Source: the human T2T-CHM13v2.0 reference genome, Homo sapiens. From it: DNA of 64,000 nt. This document shows positions 29,290-41,535 of this stretch, in pieces. The position numbers were made by a program, and so were the translations under genes. The stretch is taken from NCBI RefSeq assembly GCF_009914755.1, contig NC_060926.1; one strand, 5' to 3'. Each line of letters opens with the position of its first letter. Position 1 is the stretch's first letter. The notes under the pieces are model-generated. The model made no database searches, had not been told where the DNA came from, and saw nothing but the letters and a program-made list of their open reading frames with translations.

Positions 29290-31420
29290 ATTTTTGTTTG
29301 ATGCATAGAAAGGTCTTCCTCACTTTAAGATTATAGAAATAGAGCATATTCATTTTTTTCCTGTTGCATCTTTGATCCATTTGAATTTATTTTGATGAGA
29401 AGTAAAACAGAGATCCAGCTTTATTTTTTCAAAGAGCTAGTTGACTAGTTCGCAATCTGCATGTAATACCCCAGCTTTTCTGCATGGAATGCCCTTTTTA
29501 TAATACAGACAATGGATCAGTAGCTGGGTTTATTTCTAGACTGTCCATTGGATCTATTAATCTGCTTGTTAATTCCTGTCCCAGTACAATGTCTCCCAGT
29601 TTTTATTAGTGCAGCTTTCTGTTGCGTTTTAGTGTCTGGTAGAGATTGTTTTCTATTGTTGCTCTTCTTTTCTCCTTCTAGAATTGTCCTGGTTAATCCC
29701 AAATAAATGTTTATTCTTCCAGATAAACCTTGGTGTCCTTTTTGTCATGTTAAAAAAGGAACTTCTATTGGGATTGTACTGGGAAGGACTGACTTCTTCA
29801 ACCTGTCGATATCTGCCCTGTTCCAGCAAAGTTGTTTCTCCATTATGCGATTTTTTTAAGTCCTTCAGCAGATTTTTATAGTTTTCTCCATATAGATTTT
29901 GGACATTGCCTGTGTAATTTATTCTTAGGCATGTTGTGTTTTTGTTTGTTTTTCTATTGTGAATGGAATCTCTGAATTACACCCCATTTCTCCTCCTACT
30001 TATTCTCCACATCAGTCTGATAGCAAGTACTGGTAGTTCCTTCCGCATCTGAAATATACGTCTATGCATGTTTCCCTGTTGCCACCTCACCACCATCTCT
30101 CTCTTGCCTGGGCCACAGCTTTCCACCAATACTTTCAACAATCTATTTCTGCGTATCTGTCGGGGTTGGCTTTCTCAGCAGTCCACAAAATCATACGAAC
30201 ACCCCTACCTTCCTGCCTTTCAGTGGCATATTGCACGCGAAAAAAGACCCAGCAGGCATCCTGTGGGATCCTGCCCCAGCCCCTCATCGTCATCCTAGCT
30301 CCTTCCCCCATCTCTCTAACATGCCAAGCTCCTTTTCCACAGCTCTTTCCCCGTTCCGTTTGTGCTTCCTTCTCTGCCTTCCTCTGGCTCTTTGCATGAG
30401 TGGATAATTCTCATCCATCACATCTCAGCTCCTATTCCATCTTCTAGGAGAGGCCTTCCTGGGCCACCCTACAGAATGCAGGACTTTCCTCACCCATCTG
30501 TCCCTGACCTCTCTAATTCCAACATCCCATCCCCTTATTCTCCTGAATTCCTTCATAGCACTTGCCACTGCCTAAAAAGCCTTGTGTATCTACTTGGGTA
30601 TTTGCTTTTTAGTGTATTTTGCTTATTTCCTTTAATTACAAAGCAAGCGACTAGAGAACAACTACTCTCCTATTTTAGCTACGTCCCTAGGGCTTGGCAC
30701 AAAGCAGCCTCTCAAGTGAAAAAGCATTGAGCAAATAAGTGGATGTTACCTCTGCTTTTTTCTCCTGTCTTATATTTGCAGAATAAGAAGCTACTATTAT
30801 TATTATTTTTTGAAGTAGCTATCCATTCCTTTTGCTTTTGGCTAAGGCTTGGTTTAATCCTCATGGGATTTTCCAGGTATACAATCCTATTACATTATCT
30901 GCAAGTAATAAAAATTTTGCCTCCTTCTTTCCACCATTTATATTTCTTATTTTGTTATTTTAATTACTTTGACTAGTACTTCTAGAACAATTTTAAATAA
31001 CATTGGTGATAACGGGGCCCCTTGACTTGCTATTGACTTTAGTAGAAACACTTCTCTTGTAGGGTTTTACTATAAAGCATGATACTATGATATGGATACT
31101 GGAATGAATGTGTGAGAGTGTGTGTGTATGTGCATGTGTGTGTGTGATTTTATCATGTTAAGAATGTATGCACCTAGACCTATTATAGAAAGGTTTCTAA
31201 AAGTCAGGATTGGATATTGTCTTTATTAAGACACATTTCAGTACTTGTTCAGGTTAACAAATGATTAATTTATTAACATGGCGAATTGCATGAATAGATT
31301 TCTTAATATTAAACTATTATTTCCTTCTGAGGTGAAGTCCATTTGGTCTTTTTAAAGAGTGCCCTGCCATTTCTATTTACCAATATTTTATTCAGGATCT
31401 TTGCAGCAACATGCATGAGT
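29290..31420 (-). mobile_element. Ancient L1 (L1M/L1ME-type) ORF2 fragment, interrupted by L2
   Basis: T-rich antisense L1 motifs (TCTTTGATCCATTTGAATTTATTTTG, GGGTTTATTTCTAGACTGTC, TTCTAGAACAATTTTAAATAACATTGGTGATA) on both sides of the L2. Confidence 0.6.
29990..30745 (+). mobile_element. L2 3' fragment
   Basis: CCACATCAGTC...CACCATCTCTCTCTTGCCTGGGC...CTTCATAGCACTTGCCAC...CCTAGGGCTTGGCACAAAG with a degenerate tail. Confidence 0.65.
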
Positions 31421-32390
31421 ACTCCCAGACATGGATGGTTCACTTTCCAGGGCTGTCATTGATGAAAATGCTTTGGGATGAGTACATCTCTAGAAGCAAA
31501 GTTAAAAAAGAAAAGAGAAAAGAAACCAAGATTCAGAACTCATGTCTTCCCACAGGTTTATAACATGGTAAAACAGTGATAATTTTGTAGAAATAGCTGT
31601 GGATAAGAAGATGAGAGAGTACAATCATTCTTTAAGAGTAAGAAGTAAAGAATTGTAGAAGAAAGACGAGTGAATTTTCAAGAGCACGTGACCACCTTGT
31701 CCAAGGAGAAAGGAGCAACTGAGGAATCTCCCACTGTCCTCACTCATCAAGGAGTCTGCTGTGACCTCATGATCCTCTATGATCTAATGATACATAAGCA
31801 GAGTAGGAGAAGCTGAGATCAACTCTATTTGAGCAAGAGTGAGGAAGATTTCCCTGTCTCCCAGCTGAGTAACCACTCAGGTTTATTTAAATCCAGTTTA
31901 AATATGGTTTCAGTAATGATTTTCCAATGGTCTACAGCAAAGAATGTAAGAATCAATCCTTAAGCTAGGCAATGCATGGAGACATCAATTATGCTAAAAT
32001 ATTTAAACTATTTCATAAGAGTAGATAATGATGCATAGTAAATTGTGTCCTGCTGATAATATTAGAAAATACTTAGGCAAGATGGACATACATGTATATT
32101 TTAAAACAATTCTTTTTCTTTTTTCTTTCTTTCTTACTCTTTTCTTTTTTTAAGTACTTGCACTTTTTAAAGATTCCTAGAGAACCAGATGGGTGATGAA
32201 ATATCTCAAAATACCAGGTTTCACACGTGATAGTAATATTGGGAGAAAAAAGTGACACTAGAAATTATTTAGTTATTCTGAAATCTGTCACTTCTTGAAA
32301 ACAGCACCAGAATTAAGAAATAAAATTAATCGTGTAACATTGTGTTCTCACATTTTCAATTCAGCTAGTGAATTATGAGGCCAAAATTCC

Positions 32391-32637
32391 TTAAGACAAT
32401 TACCCCAGGGCCTTAGTCGGCTCCCAAGTCTCTGCCTTTCACCTGAGAAAGAATTTCCAAACTGCCTGATGAGGGAGAAAACCATATCCATGGTCCCAGC
32501 GGTCTGGAGGATCCCAAGAATCTGGATGGGAAGCCAGAAGATATGCCAGAAAAGACCCACAAATGGTACCCTGGGATACAAAAGGAAGACTCCTTTAACG
32601 CCAGCCAAGAGATGTGTGTGTTACTGTAAGAAGCCAG
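32391..32637 (+). repeat. Inverted repeat arm 1 (partner 36410-36660)
   Basis: Manual alignment: 18 mismatches and two 2-nt gaps over about 250 bp, with a 56-bp perfect core. Confidence 0.95.
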
Positions 32638-33659
32638 TGTCATGAGCTGAAGCTCTAACTTGCCTGTGATCCATTAGTCTCACCTGGTGCTTGCCGCTGC
32701 CCCTGTTCCGGCCGGACATGGCCCTCTGTGTCTGTGCCTGCCAATCAGCCTCTTGCCCATGCCTGGCTGTGCCCTTCACAGCTGCCTCTGCCAGGGCACT
32801 GGCTGCGGGCTGGGCCAGGTCAGGCTGCTTCCCAGCTGGGCTCCCCACAGCCACAGTCAACTCCCATTTTGACATGAAGCCATTTAAATGGAAATCCAGT
32901 TTTACAAAGCGCAAGTGACTGGTAATGAAGACGTGACTGATGCTTATGCGAATTTTATTTAATTTTAAATCAATTGTGGATTCTAATTCATTAATAAGGG
33001 GGAAAAAGCATGCAGGAATGCCTAATCTCTTGTCATTATTCAAATACAAGAGAGTACTTCTTCATATATAATTCTTAGGGAAATTGTCAATTTCCCATTT
33101 TCCCTGAAAATCTATTTTTATAGAAAAATGTGGGCCCAACTCACTCTTTAAAAAATTAGATTTGGCTTTATTGGACATTACATAAACAAGGATAAAAAAC
33201 GTCCAACCAAGCACTTGACTGAATTTTTCACCATTTCGTCATTTTTGTTATTGTATAGATGGTCTAAAAATCACATTATGACCAACCAACAACTTGGCTT
33301 TGGTGATAATTAAGTATCTGAGAAAAATATGGTAGCCCTTATGACAGACTCAAGCACTAAAAATGGGCTACAATAGAAGAGTGACTTGGGGTTCTTTATG
33401 GGGTTCAAGCTCTTCAGCCCATGTCTTCTTTGGGCTGCTCAACTTTCTCTGGGGTCAAATGAAAGTCAAGTTTGGGCAACAGTGATCGTTACAGCTCTCT
33501 TTGGCTCCCCTAAGACTCAGAAGAGCAATATATCTACAAGCGGCTTCTTCTCTACTCTACAAATTAAGTGGAAAGGAAAGAAATGCTGTCTGAATTCTCT
33601 TTTCCTCCACTCAATGGGCCCTTGCATTCTCCTTATTCCACCGACAGCCATGCAACTAC

Positions 33660-33835
33660 AGGCAGATCGTGTAAACTCTCCAGGTATTATTTCACTTATC
33701 TGTAAAATAACAATACCTACCTCACAGGACTAATGTGAGGGTTAATTGAGAGATGATATATCAACTATTGTGACAGTGAAGTGCTTAGTAGGCTGCTAAA
33801 GATATAGTAAGTACTCCAAAAATGTTAGCTAATTC
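33660..33835 (+). mobile_element. MIR
   Basis: TTATCTGTAAAATAACAATACCTACCTCACAGGACTAATGTGAGGGTTAATTGAGA...AAATGTTAGCTA. Confidence 0.75.
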
Positions 33836-33952
33836 TACTGTTGTACCTGAAGGAGATCATAAAGCTCTCCAAATGGAAGAATGGTTTCGAATTTACTGAG
33901 AGTTTTTGCAAAATGAGATTAAGTTGATGTTAAGAAAGAGGATAACTGTATA

Positions 33953-34296
33953 CAGTTGGCCCTGTGTATTCATGGGTTCCACATCCATGGATTAAACGAA
34001 CTATGGATGTAAAATGCTCAGGAAAAAAAGAAAGAAAAAAGAACAATAAAAAGACAAATACAACAATAAAAACAATAAAAAAATACAAATTTAAAAATAT
34101 AGTATAACAACAACTTACATAGTATTTACATTGTATTAGGTATTACAAGTAATCTAGAGACGATTTAAAGTATATGGGAGGATGTAAGTAGGTCATATAC
34201 ATATGGCCATTTTATATCAGGGACTTGAGTATTCATGGATTTTGATAGCCCAAGGAGTCCTGGACCCAAATGCCCATAGATACTGAGGGACAACCG
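33953..34296 (+). mobile_element. MER2 (Tigger-family non-autonomous DNA transposon)
   Basis: TA|CAGTTGGCCCTGTGTATTCATGGG...ATAGATACTGAGGGACAACCG|TA terminal inverted repeats; TACATTGTATTAGGTATTACAAGTAATCTAGAGA core. Confidence 0.88.
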
Positions 34297-34318
34297 TATG
34301 GTCAAAATGTGCTACATG

Positions 34319-34621
34319 GGCCGGGCATGATGGCTTACACCTGTAATCCCAGCACTTTGGGAGGCCAAGGTGTCATGTGAGGTCAGGAGTTCAAGACCAG
34401 CCTGGCCAAAATGGCAAAATCCCATCTCTACTAAAAAGTACAAAAAAAAAAATAGCCAGGTGTGGTGGCAGGCACCTGTAATCCCAGCTACTAGGGAGGC
34501 TGAGGCAGACAGAATTGCTTGAACCTGGAAGGCAGAGGTTGCAGTGAGCTGAGATCGCACCACTGCACTCCAGCCTGGGCGACAGAGCGAGACTCCGTCT
34601 CAAAAAAAAAAAAAAAAAAAA
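34319..34621 (+). mobile_element. AluS
   Basis: Full dimer with A20 tail; TSD GTGCTACA on both sides. Confidence 0.93.
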
Positions 34622-35000
34622 GTGCTACACGGCCACAAACAGTCATAAGACATTGCAAGGGATGTGCTGAAAGGGAGATGCTGCCTGTGATGACCCAGGC
34701 AGTGAACAGAGTGGAACATAAGAGAAGTGTGGTGGGAACCATGTCCTGAAAGCCTGGGAGAAGAGCATCTCCCAGCAGGTTCATGGCTGGCTTTGAGGAC
34801 TTGAAAAGCCCTACATACCCCCTGACACAGAGAAAATAAAAAACATGAATTTATCCATGAGTGTTAAGGTAAGGAGGAGAGTGGAGGAAAAGATGTGGAA
34901 GAGAAAGGACAACTACAAAGAGAGGAACCATCCGAGACTGGGAAGCATGAAAAGCTGATTCAGGAAACTCTACCTACCCCAGACCCAAACAAGTGGTCTC

Positions 35001-35045
35001 GAGAGAGAGAGGGAGAGAGAGAGAGAGATGCGAGAGAGGGGGAGA
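35001..35045. repeat. (GA)n imperfect microsatellite
   Basis: GAGAGA run with interruptions. Confidence 0.85.
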
Positions 35046-35898
35046 AGCTGTAAGTGACACAGAAAAGTATGTTGTGTAAATAAATATGCAAATACAAGCT
35101 GATATATAATATTATTATATTAAAAACTTAAGAGCCAATTTTCCAAAAGTCTTTATCCTGAAGTCAAGTCTATCAATAAAAGTGTACCTCTGACTGCAGC
35201 GCGCCTGTTGATAGCTTTTTGGGTGTGCACGCCACTCACAGGCCCAAGCCCGGAGCCCCACAGGCCGTCTCTGCCTCCAGCACCCAGGGTGCCGTCATGG
35301 GAGCCATCCCCTCCAGGGATTCGGAGCAGTGTGTTTGATTGCCGTCACTGCACAGAGCAGTGCCGAGTTTGTTCGTGCTGGTCGGGCAAGCATCAAGCAC
35401 AGAACCTAGCGCATTGTGGGTGCTTGACAAGTGTTTCTTGAATAAACAAAGGAAGGGGGAAGGAGGGAGTTTGGGGCTGGGGAAGCCTCCATCGTAGCTG
35501 AGATCACTCACCGGCATCATTGGCCACTCCGCCCTCACGAAAGCCAGTTCTGCTTCTACTCTTGACTGGTCCTTGCATTCCCACGCCAAAGCTGTTGAGC
35601 ACCATTTAAAAGCATGCTTAGAAAATCACTATGTGGTGTGGGGGGCCCCCACAGGAGTTACTAACAGATGGGTAAGGATAATCTGCTCAGATTCAATACC
35701 TGAGTAGCTTGACTATTTTCTCTTTCACACTTCCAAAGAGCCATTTTTAATCCCTTATCTTTAGGGTTTGAAGAGAAGACTCAAGATGTGTACTTTATTT
35801 TCTTATTTTCTCTTATTTTATTTCTATGTAAGGGTGCTCCAAGCCTGAACATTGAGCACGACCCAGGTCATATGCACAACACGACAGGTTGAGCGTCC

Positions 35899-36213
35899 AT
35901 GTGTGGCTACTGGGTTTGCTGGGGACACCTCTTGCCTGCCAGGGTGAGCACACGCAGCAGTGAGCAGCCCCGTGTGACCCCACGGGATGAGGATGCCATG
36001 ATGTCAGCATCCCTTCTGACTTGGAGGTATGTGACATTCATGGTGCCAATGCCACTGTCACCTTGCAGATCAGTCTGGGTTTGCTTCAGACAGAAGATCC
36101 TGGAATATGTTCAAGCATTACTCATCTCCAGACTTTTTCAACCCAATAAATTTTCATACTACTTGAATTATTACTCTCAAGATGCGTGTTTTTATTTCAT
36201 TTACCTAGATTGA
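35899..36213 (+). other. 104-aa ORF in candidate terminal exon, no recognisable domain
   Basis: ATG-initiated, in non-repeat sequence downstream of a good acceptor. Weak Kozak context; runs through the AATAAA. Confidence 0.2.
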
Positions 36214-36409
36214 AAAGAAAAACATGTAGTGGGCTTTACTGGGTGAATGGCCACGGGATTGCAAACCACTTGGATGTGGGGCAATTGAAACGCAGCTTTG
36301 TTGGGCCTTGTTCTCCAGCCCGCAGCCAGAGGCAATGCTTGTGACCGTGACAGGCCATTCAGACTTGGGCCTGTTGGCTTTTTTTTTTTTTAAAGAATAG
36401 ATTCCCTGG

Positions 36410-36660
36410 CTGGCTTCTTGCAGTAACACACACATTCCTTGGCTGGCATTAAAGGAGTCTTCCTTTTGTATCCCAGGGTACCATCTGTGGGTCTTTTCCA
36501 GCATATCTTCTGGATTCCCATCCAGATTCTCAGGGGATCCTCTGGACCCCGTTGGGACCATGGACATGGTTTTCTCCCTCATCAGGCAGTTTGGAAATTC
36601 TTTCTCAGGTGAAAGGCAGAGGCTTGGGCGCTGACTAAGGCCCTGGGGTAACTGGCTTAA
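36410..36660 (-). repeat. Inverted repeat arm 2 (partner 32391-32637)
   Basis: Reverse complement matches arm 1 at about 91%. Confidence 0.95.
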
Positions 36661-39516
36661 TGTTCCTGACATCACCCTCTGTGTCTATCAGAGCTAAAAA
36701 TGCAGGTACTATCAGAAGACTCAGGTGGCCAGTGCTGAAGTCACCACTCAGTCCAGGAATCACACAATCAAAGGCTCTGCTGTGGGATTTAACACCCATC
36801 AGAGCACTCAGTAAAACGTATGTGAATAAGGTTGGGTCACCAAGGCCCAGACAAGAGCTACGATCTTCAGCATTGGCATTTTTAAAACCTTTTCATTGAA
36901 GTATAACACACATACAGAAAACGTACCTGTACCTATGCACCCTGAACGTAGAGCCTGATACATCTTCACATCGTTATTTTCACATTCTTGTTACTGGGAT
37001 GAATAGCTCTGTGTATACTTTGAAAATAAACAAAAGCTAAGCACATTTGATTATCTATCATTAAAACGAAAAAAAAAATACCTAGAAGTATACATAGCTT
37101 TTGCCTTTTAGCGGAGGCTCATTCACAGTGAATGTCCAGTTTTTGGATCTGGGAAACCCCTGGAAGATACAGAAAAGGCAGCTAGCTTTTCTATTGTCTC
37201 TCACATTCTGTTTTCCTTCCAACTCTCTGTCAAAGTCACATACTTATTTATACTCTCTGCATATGTTCTTGGGATATTTCTATTTAGTAAGAAAGCAATA
37301 TCAGTGAGCATCTCTGTTTTATTAAGTTTGTCAAACAACAGAATATCCGGTCTGTTGGCCAGAATTTGTTAATCTGTTATCACGGCTCCATCCCAATACA
37401 ACTTGGAGAGGCTGTTTTCCAGCACATTCTTGGGTTCATACTTATAAATGGTGTTAATCCACTCGTTAACAGAGGACTAGTTGTTGATGTAAAATCTTAG
37501 TGCCATTTTCTGCAAGTTCTTACATTTATCAGGAAAACATCCTCTCCACCTTCCAGCTCCTCTGATGGGTTGATTTAGGATAGGAGCTGATCATTTCTTC
37601 CCAAGCTGCAGAAGCCTAGACTGTGAGACCTAGAGGAAGAAACTGAGGAGTAAGACTTCTTTTTTATGAGGACAGAGTGGGGAGAAAATTCCCTATATTT
37701 GCCCAACCAGAACCCTCTTGGACCTGATGTCTTTAAAGTATTGCTATGAAATTACATTAATTAAGTAGCCAAGATCCCAGATGGAGCCTGTCAGTGTCCG
37801 TGGTGAGGGTGTGGGTATATCTGGTGTGTCTGGCGATTGGAAGACTGGCTGACTCAGAACCAGACGGCTTAGGGACTTTTGCTTTAGCTGAAGGAGGAGG
37901 GAGTTATAGCATGATGTTCCCTGCAGAAGGGGATGTAGAGAGAAAAGGGAAAGAGACAGTGTCTATCTCCTGTCCCTTCTCCCCGCAAGGAGAAGATCTG
38001 ACCCGGACAGTAGGTTTGCCATTAGCACAAGCTGCAATCTGGAAGAGACTCCCTGAGACCGTGGTAAAAGCAGGGACATTTCAGGGCTAGAGTGACAGAG
38101 GGTGACAAAGAGTTGCGGGGAGCAAGGACAGTCTGCTGACCTCTCTGTGGAGCCCTGAAGGCCTCACAGGTGCCTGCAGGACCTATATTCATAGGCAGCA
38201 GCAGACACAGCTGGGGATCTGAGGTAGCGCAGGGTCACTCGGAAGTTCACACTTGTGACAAGCTGCAGACCTGCACAAAGGCGTGGCAAGAGCCTGGAGA
38301 CCTGAGTCACTTCTAGCAAATTGATTCCCATCAGAATTCTCTATCTGGGGAGACCCAGGGCAAATCAGATTAATTAAATAGCAATTGTATTAGTCTTTCT
38401 CAGTTTTGACAGAGTGCCCTGTTTCAGGTAGTTGACAATGTGGCCACGGTAAGTCCTGAAGTTCAGGAAGCACCTGCAGATACTTGCTTTTGTGAGCTAG
38501 CCTGAGACAACTGAGAAGTTCAACCATGTCAGGTTGTTCAGCTGAATATGAGTAGTGGCCATGGATTGAAGGCAGATAAATGCTATTTGTCTCCTGCCCC
38601 GCAACCCTTTGTTACACATAGAGCAAGTCTCTGGCAAAATTATGCCACACAGATATTTATTAGCACAAGGAATGAAAAAAGAATCGTGGAGACCCATTCT
38701 GAGAAGTTTAGGGAAGTCCCACTCTGTCTTGCACTCTGAATGAAAGGCTGGCTCTGTGGCCCACAAGTGGTGTCTGTGGCAGCCTGGCAGGCCTCCTCTA
38801 GTGGAGACTGGGCCAAAACTACTCCAGTTCCTTACAGACATAAGGGTGGTAGGGATCCCCCAAATCCCTCAAGCCAACCACTGATCTTCAATGCCATTTC
38901 TTTCACCAATGAGAGGTTGTTTCTAACATCTCGGATGCAAATCGCTGGACTGTCCAGGACACGTTTCGAGAATGATACTTGAAGCACTTCCTTTGGAGTG
39001 TGGGTTCCTGGTGAAAATCTTTCACCTTATAACTCATCACCCCTGAGGTATGGGTTCTGCTTAGGGTCTTTTAGATGCTAATTGCCATTCCTAGGATGTC
39101 CTTTACAGCAAAGGTGAACACACACCTCACATCCATGGTTGATTGTGAAGTATTTAAAGTAAACAATATGACATGCTGTGTGCACCTCCAGCAAGGGTGG
39201 CCCCTCATAGAAAATAAAACCATCGGTGCCCTCAGATCATTTCTAGAACATATAGCAAACATACATGATGAAACAATTTTAATATTTGTGCCATCCCTTA
39301 TAGTTTATAAGATACTCTAACACAGAAGACTGTCTAATTCTCATTTAAAGATAAATATAACTCATTTTAATAATAAAGAGCTCAAGATTTACAGAGCCTG
39401 AGAGCTTATGATTAGATAATCCATTAATTTATACATTATCTATCTAACTAGATTTATTGACAGCCTACTCTGTGCCAAACATTAGGATAGTTGCTTAGAT
39501 GTAGTGATGAACAAGT

Positions 39517-39968
39517 GTATTTGTCATTTCTTGCTGGGTAAGAAATGAACCCAATGCTTAACAGATTATTATCTCATGGTTCCTGTGGTTCAGGGGTCTG
39601 GGTGTGGCTTACCTGCGTGCCTCTGATTCAAAATCTCTCATGAGGTTATAGTCAGGCTGTCAGCTGAGGCTCCATTTGTCTCAAAACACAACAAGGGCTG
39701 GAGAATCTGCTCTCAAGCTCACCTCTGTGGGCCTCTTTCCACAGGGCCGCCTTATGACATGGTGTTTGACGTCCCCCAGCAGGAGGTATCTAAGAGGTAT
39801 ACCCAAGATAGAAGCCACAGCCTTTTCCTTAGTCTCACAAATAACCTCTGATTATCCCTCCCATATTCTAGCACAGCAAGTCAATAAAGTGGGTCCACAC
39901 TCAAGGGGAGGGGATGGGAGTCCCAGGTAGCAAGGATGATCTGGGGCCATCTTAGAGGCTGCCTAACA
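39517..39968 (-). mobile_element. MLT1F-type MaLR LTR
   Basis: ATTATCTCATGGTTCCTGTGGTTCAGG...GGCTGGAGAATCTGCT...GGGGCCATCTTAGAGGCTGCCTAACA. Confidence 0.7.
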
Positions 39969-39990
39969 GAGAGAGCAAATCCCACACTGC

Positions 39991-40508
39991 TGCGAAGGTT
40001 AATCTTATGGATCAACTTGACTGCACTAAGGGATGCCCAGATAGTTGGTAAAACACCATTTCTGAGTGTGTCTGAGTGTGATCCAAAAGAGATTAGCATT
40101 TGGATCAGTAGACTCAGTAAACAAGATCAGCTGTCACCAATGTGGGTGGGCACCATCCAATCTGCCGAAGGCCCAGAAAGAATAAAAAGGCAGCAGAAAG
40201 ATGATTTCACTCCCTCTCTTCTTGAACAGAGACATCCATCTTCTTCTGCCCTCAGTCACCGGTGCTCCTGGTTCTCAGGCCTTCAGGCTCAAACCAGAAC
40301 TCACACCACTGGCTCCCCTGGTTGGGATGAGACCCACACCACTAGCTTTCCTAGGCCAGCTTGCAGATGGCAGCTTGTGGGACTTTTCAGCCTCCATAAT
40401 TGCATAAGCCAGTGTGCAATCTAAATCTCCTCTATAATCTATGCATAGATACGTATGGCTCTATTTATCCTATGGGTTTCGTTTCTTTGGAGAACCCTGA
40501 CTAATACA
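39991..40508 (+). mobile_element. MLT2B-type ERVL solo LTR
   Basis: TG...GGTTAATCTTATGGATCAACTTGAC...GGAGAACCCTGACTAATACA. 5-bp TSD ACTGC at 39986-39990 and 40509-40513. Confidence 0.88.
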
Positions 40509-41535
40509 ACTGCCCTGCTCCCAAGAGCTTGAGATGACTATTGTCATAGAGACAACAACTATGACTATAGAGACAATTGTTAATCAAATAATTCCACTAT
40601 GTTGACTTAGAATTGATTGATATGCTATAGAGGCAAGGCATAGGATGCTACAAGGGTGTATAAGAGAGGGGCCTGAGCAAGTCTGAAGGTAACAGGTTCT
40701 TCTGAAGAAGTGATGTTTGAATGAAATTTGGGGGGATGGGAGTTTGAGAAGGGGGCAGCAGGGAAGAGGAAGTGGGCACAGTCTGTGTAAAGGCTCCAAA
40801 GTGCAAAGAAACTTTGCTTTGTAAGGAAGTGAGGGAAGGTCAGTGTCTTCATGAAACTATCCACTTGGTTTCAGGTAACATAGAAGTCATTTTCTCTCCA
40901 GGAACACTACATGAATAAGCAGCCCAGTACTAGGGTGGTGATTCAGCTCCACCACCAGAATCCAGGATTCTTCTCTCTTATCCCTCCCTTGCTGGGGGGT
41001 TGCCCTTTTCCTCAGAGTTTACATCAGCTGCCCCCACATCTATGTTCTAAGCAGCAGAGTTGGGGAATGGGGCAAGAGAAGGAAGAAAGATATATTATCC
41101 TCTTCCTTTCAGTATATGACCTAGAAGGGCACCCTAGCCTGAGTTTAGTTACATAACCAAAGCTAGCTGCAAGACAACCTGGAAATATGGTCTTTATTCT
41201 GGGCATCCATGTATCTAGATAAACCTGAAGATTCTGTTCTGATTATAGCATAAGAATAACTTCTGCTATGGCTTGTTCCTTTGTCCCTGCAAAGAGCTGT
41301 GCATATCTCCCTTTGGAACACACTCACTGACTTCCCAAGTCGTAAAATCCTAAGCCTACATCTGGATACTGCATCTGGTTCAAAGTCTCAGGATTTCTTG
41401 CCAGTAAAATTCTTTCAATTTGGAATTCCCTCCAGCAGGCCCGGATGTAGAATTCTATTCTGGTGACCCGTGAACTAAGAGACAAATTATTTATCCTTGA
41501 CATACCTATAATACAATGGAAGAGAAGGAATCAAG

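Larger units (their letters stand above)
31860..36170 (+). ncRNA. Candidate small spliced transcript (lncRNA or de novo ORF)
   Basis: Donor AAT|GTAAGA at 31945/31946. Long pyrimidine tract and AG acceptor at 35831-35832. AATAAA at 36145-36150. The 5' boundary is a guess. An unverified recollection links the exon to THEG5 in the 19q12 TSHZ3 gene desert; no symbol is assigned. Confidence 0.4.
39440..40850 (-). mobile_element. L2 fragment interrupted by two LTRs
   Basis: ATTTATTGACAGCCTACTCTGTGCCAAAC...GATGAACAAG, then CCTGCTCCCAAGAGCTT and TTCTGAAGAAGTGATGTTTGA after the LTRs. Confidence 0.6.

Noticed and set aside
28705-29301. 198-aa ORF
   Set aside because: Mostly the antisense strand of an MLT1C LTR.
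32348-36675. Similar peptides in ORFs 32348-32608 and 36205-36675 suggesting a small gene family
   Set aside because: Any relationship is only the DNA inverted repeat. The ORFs read opposite strands of the repeat unit and the 2-nt indels break frame.
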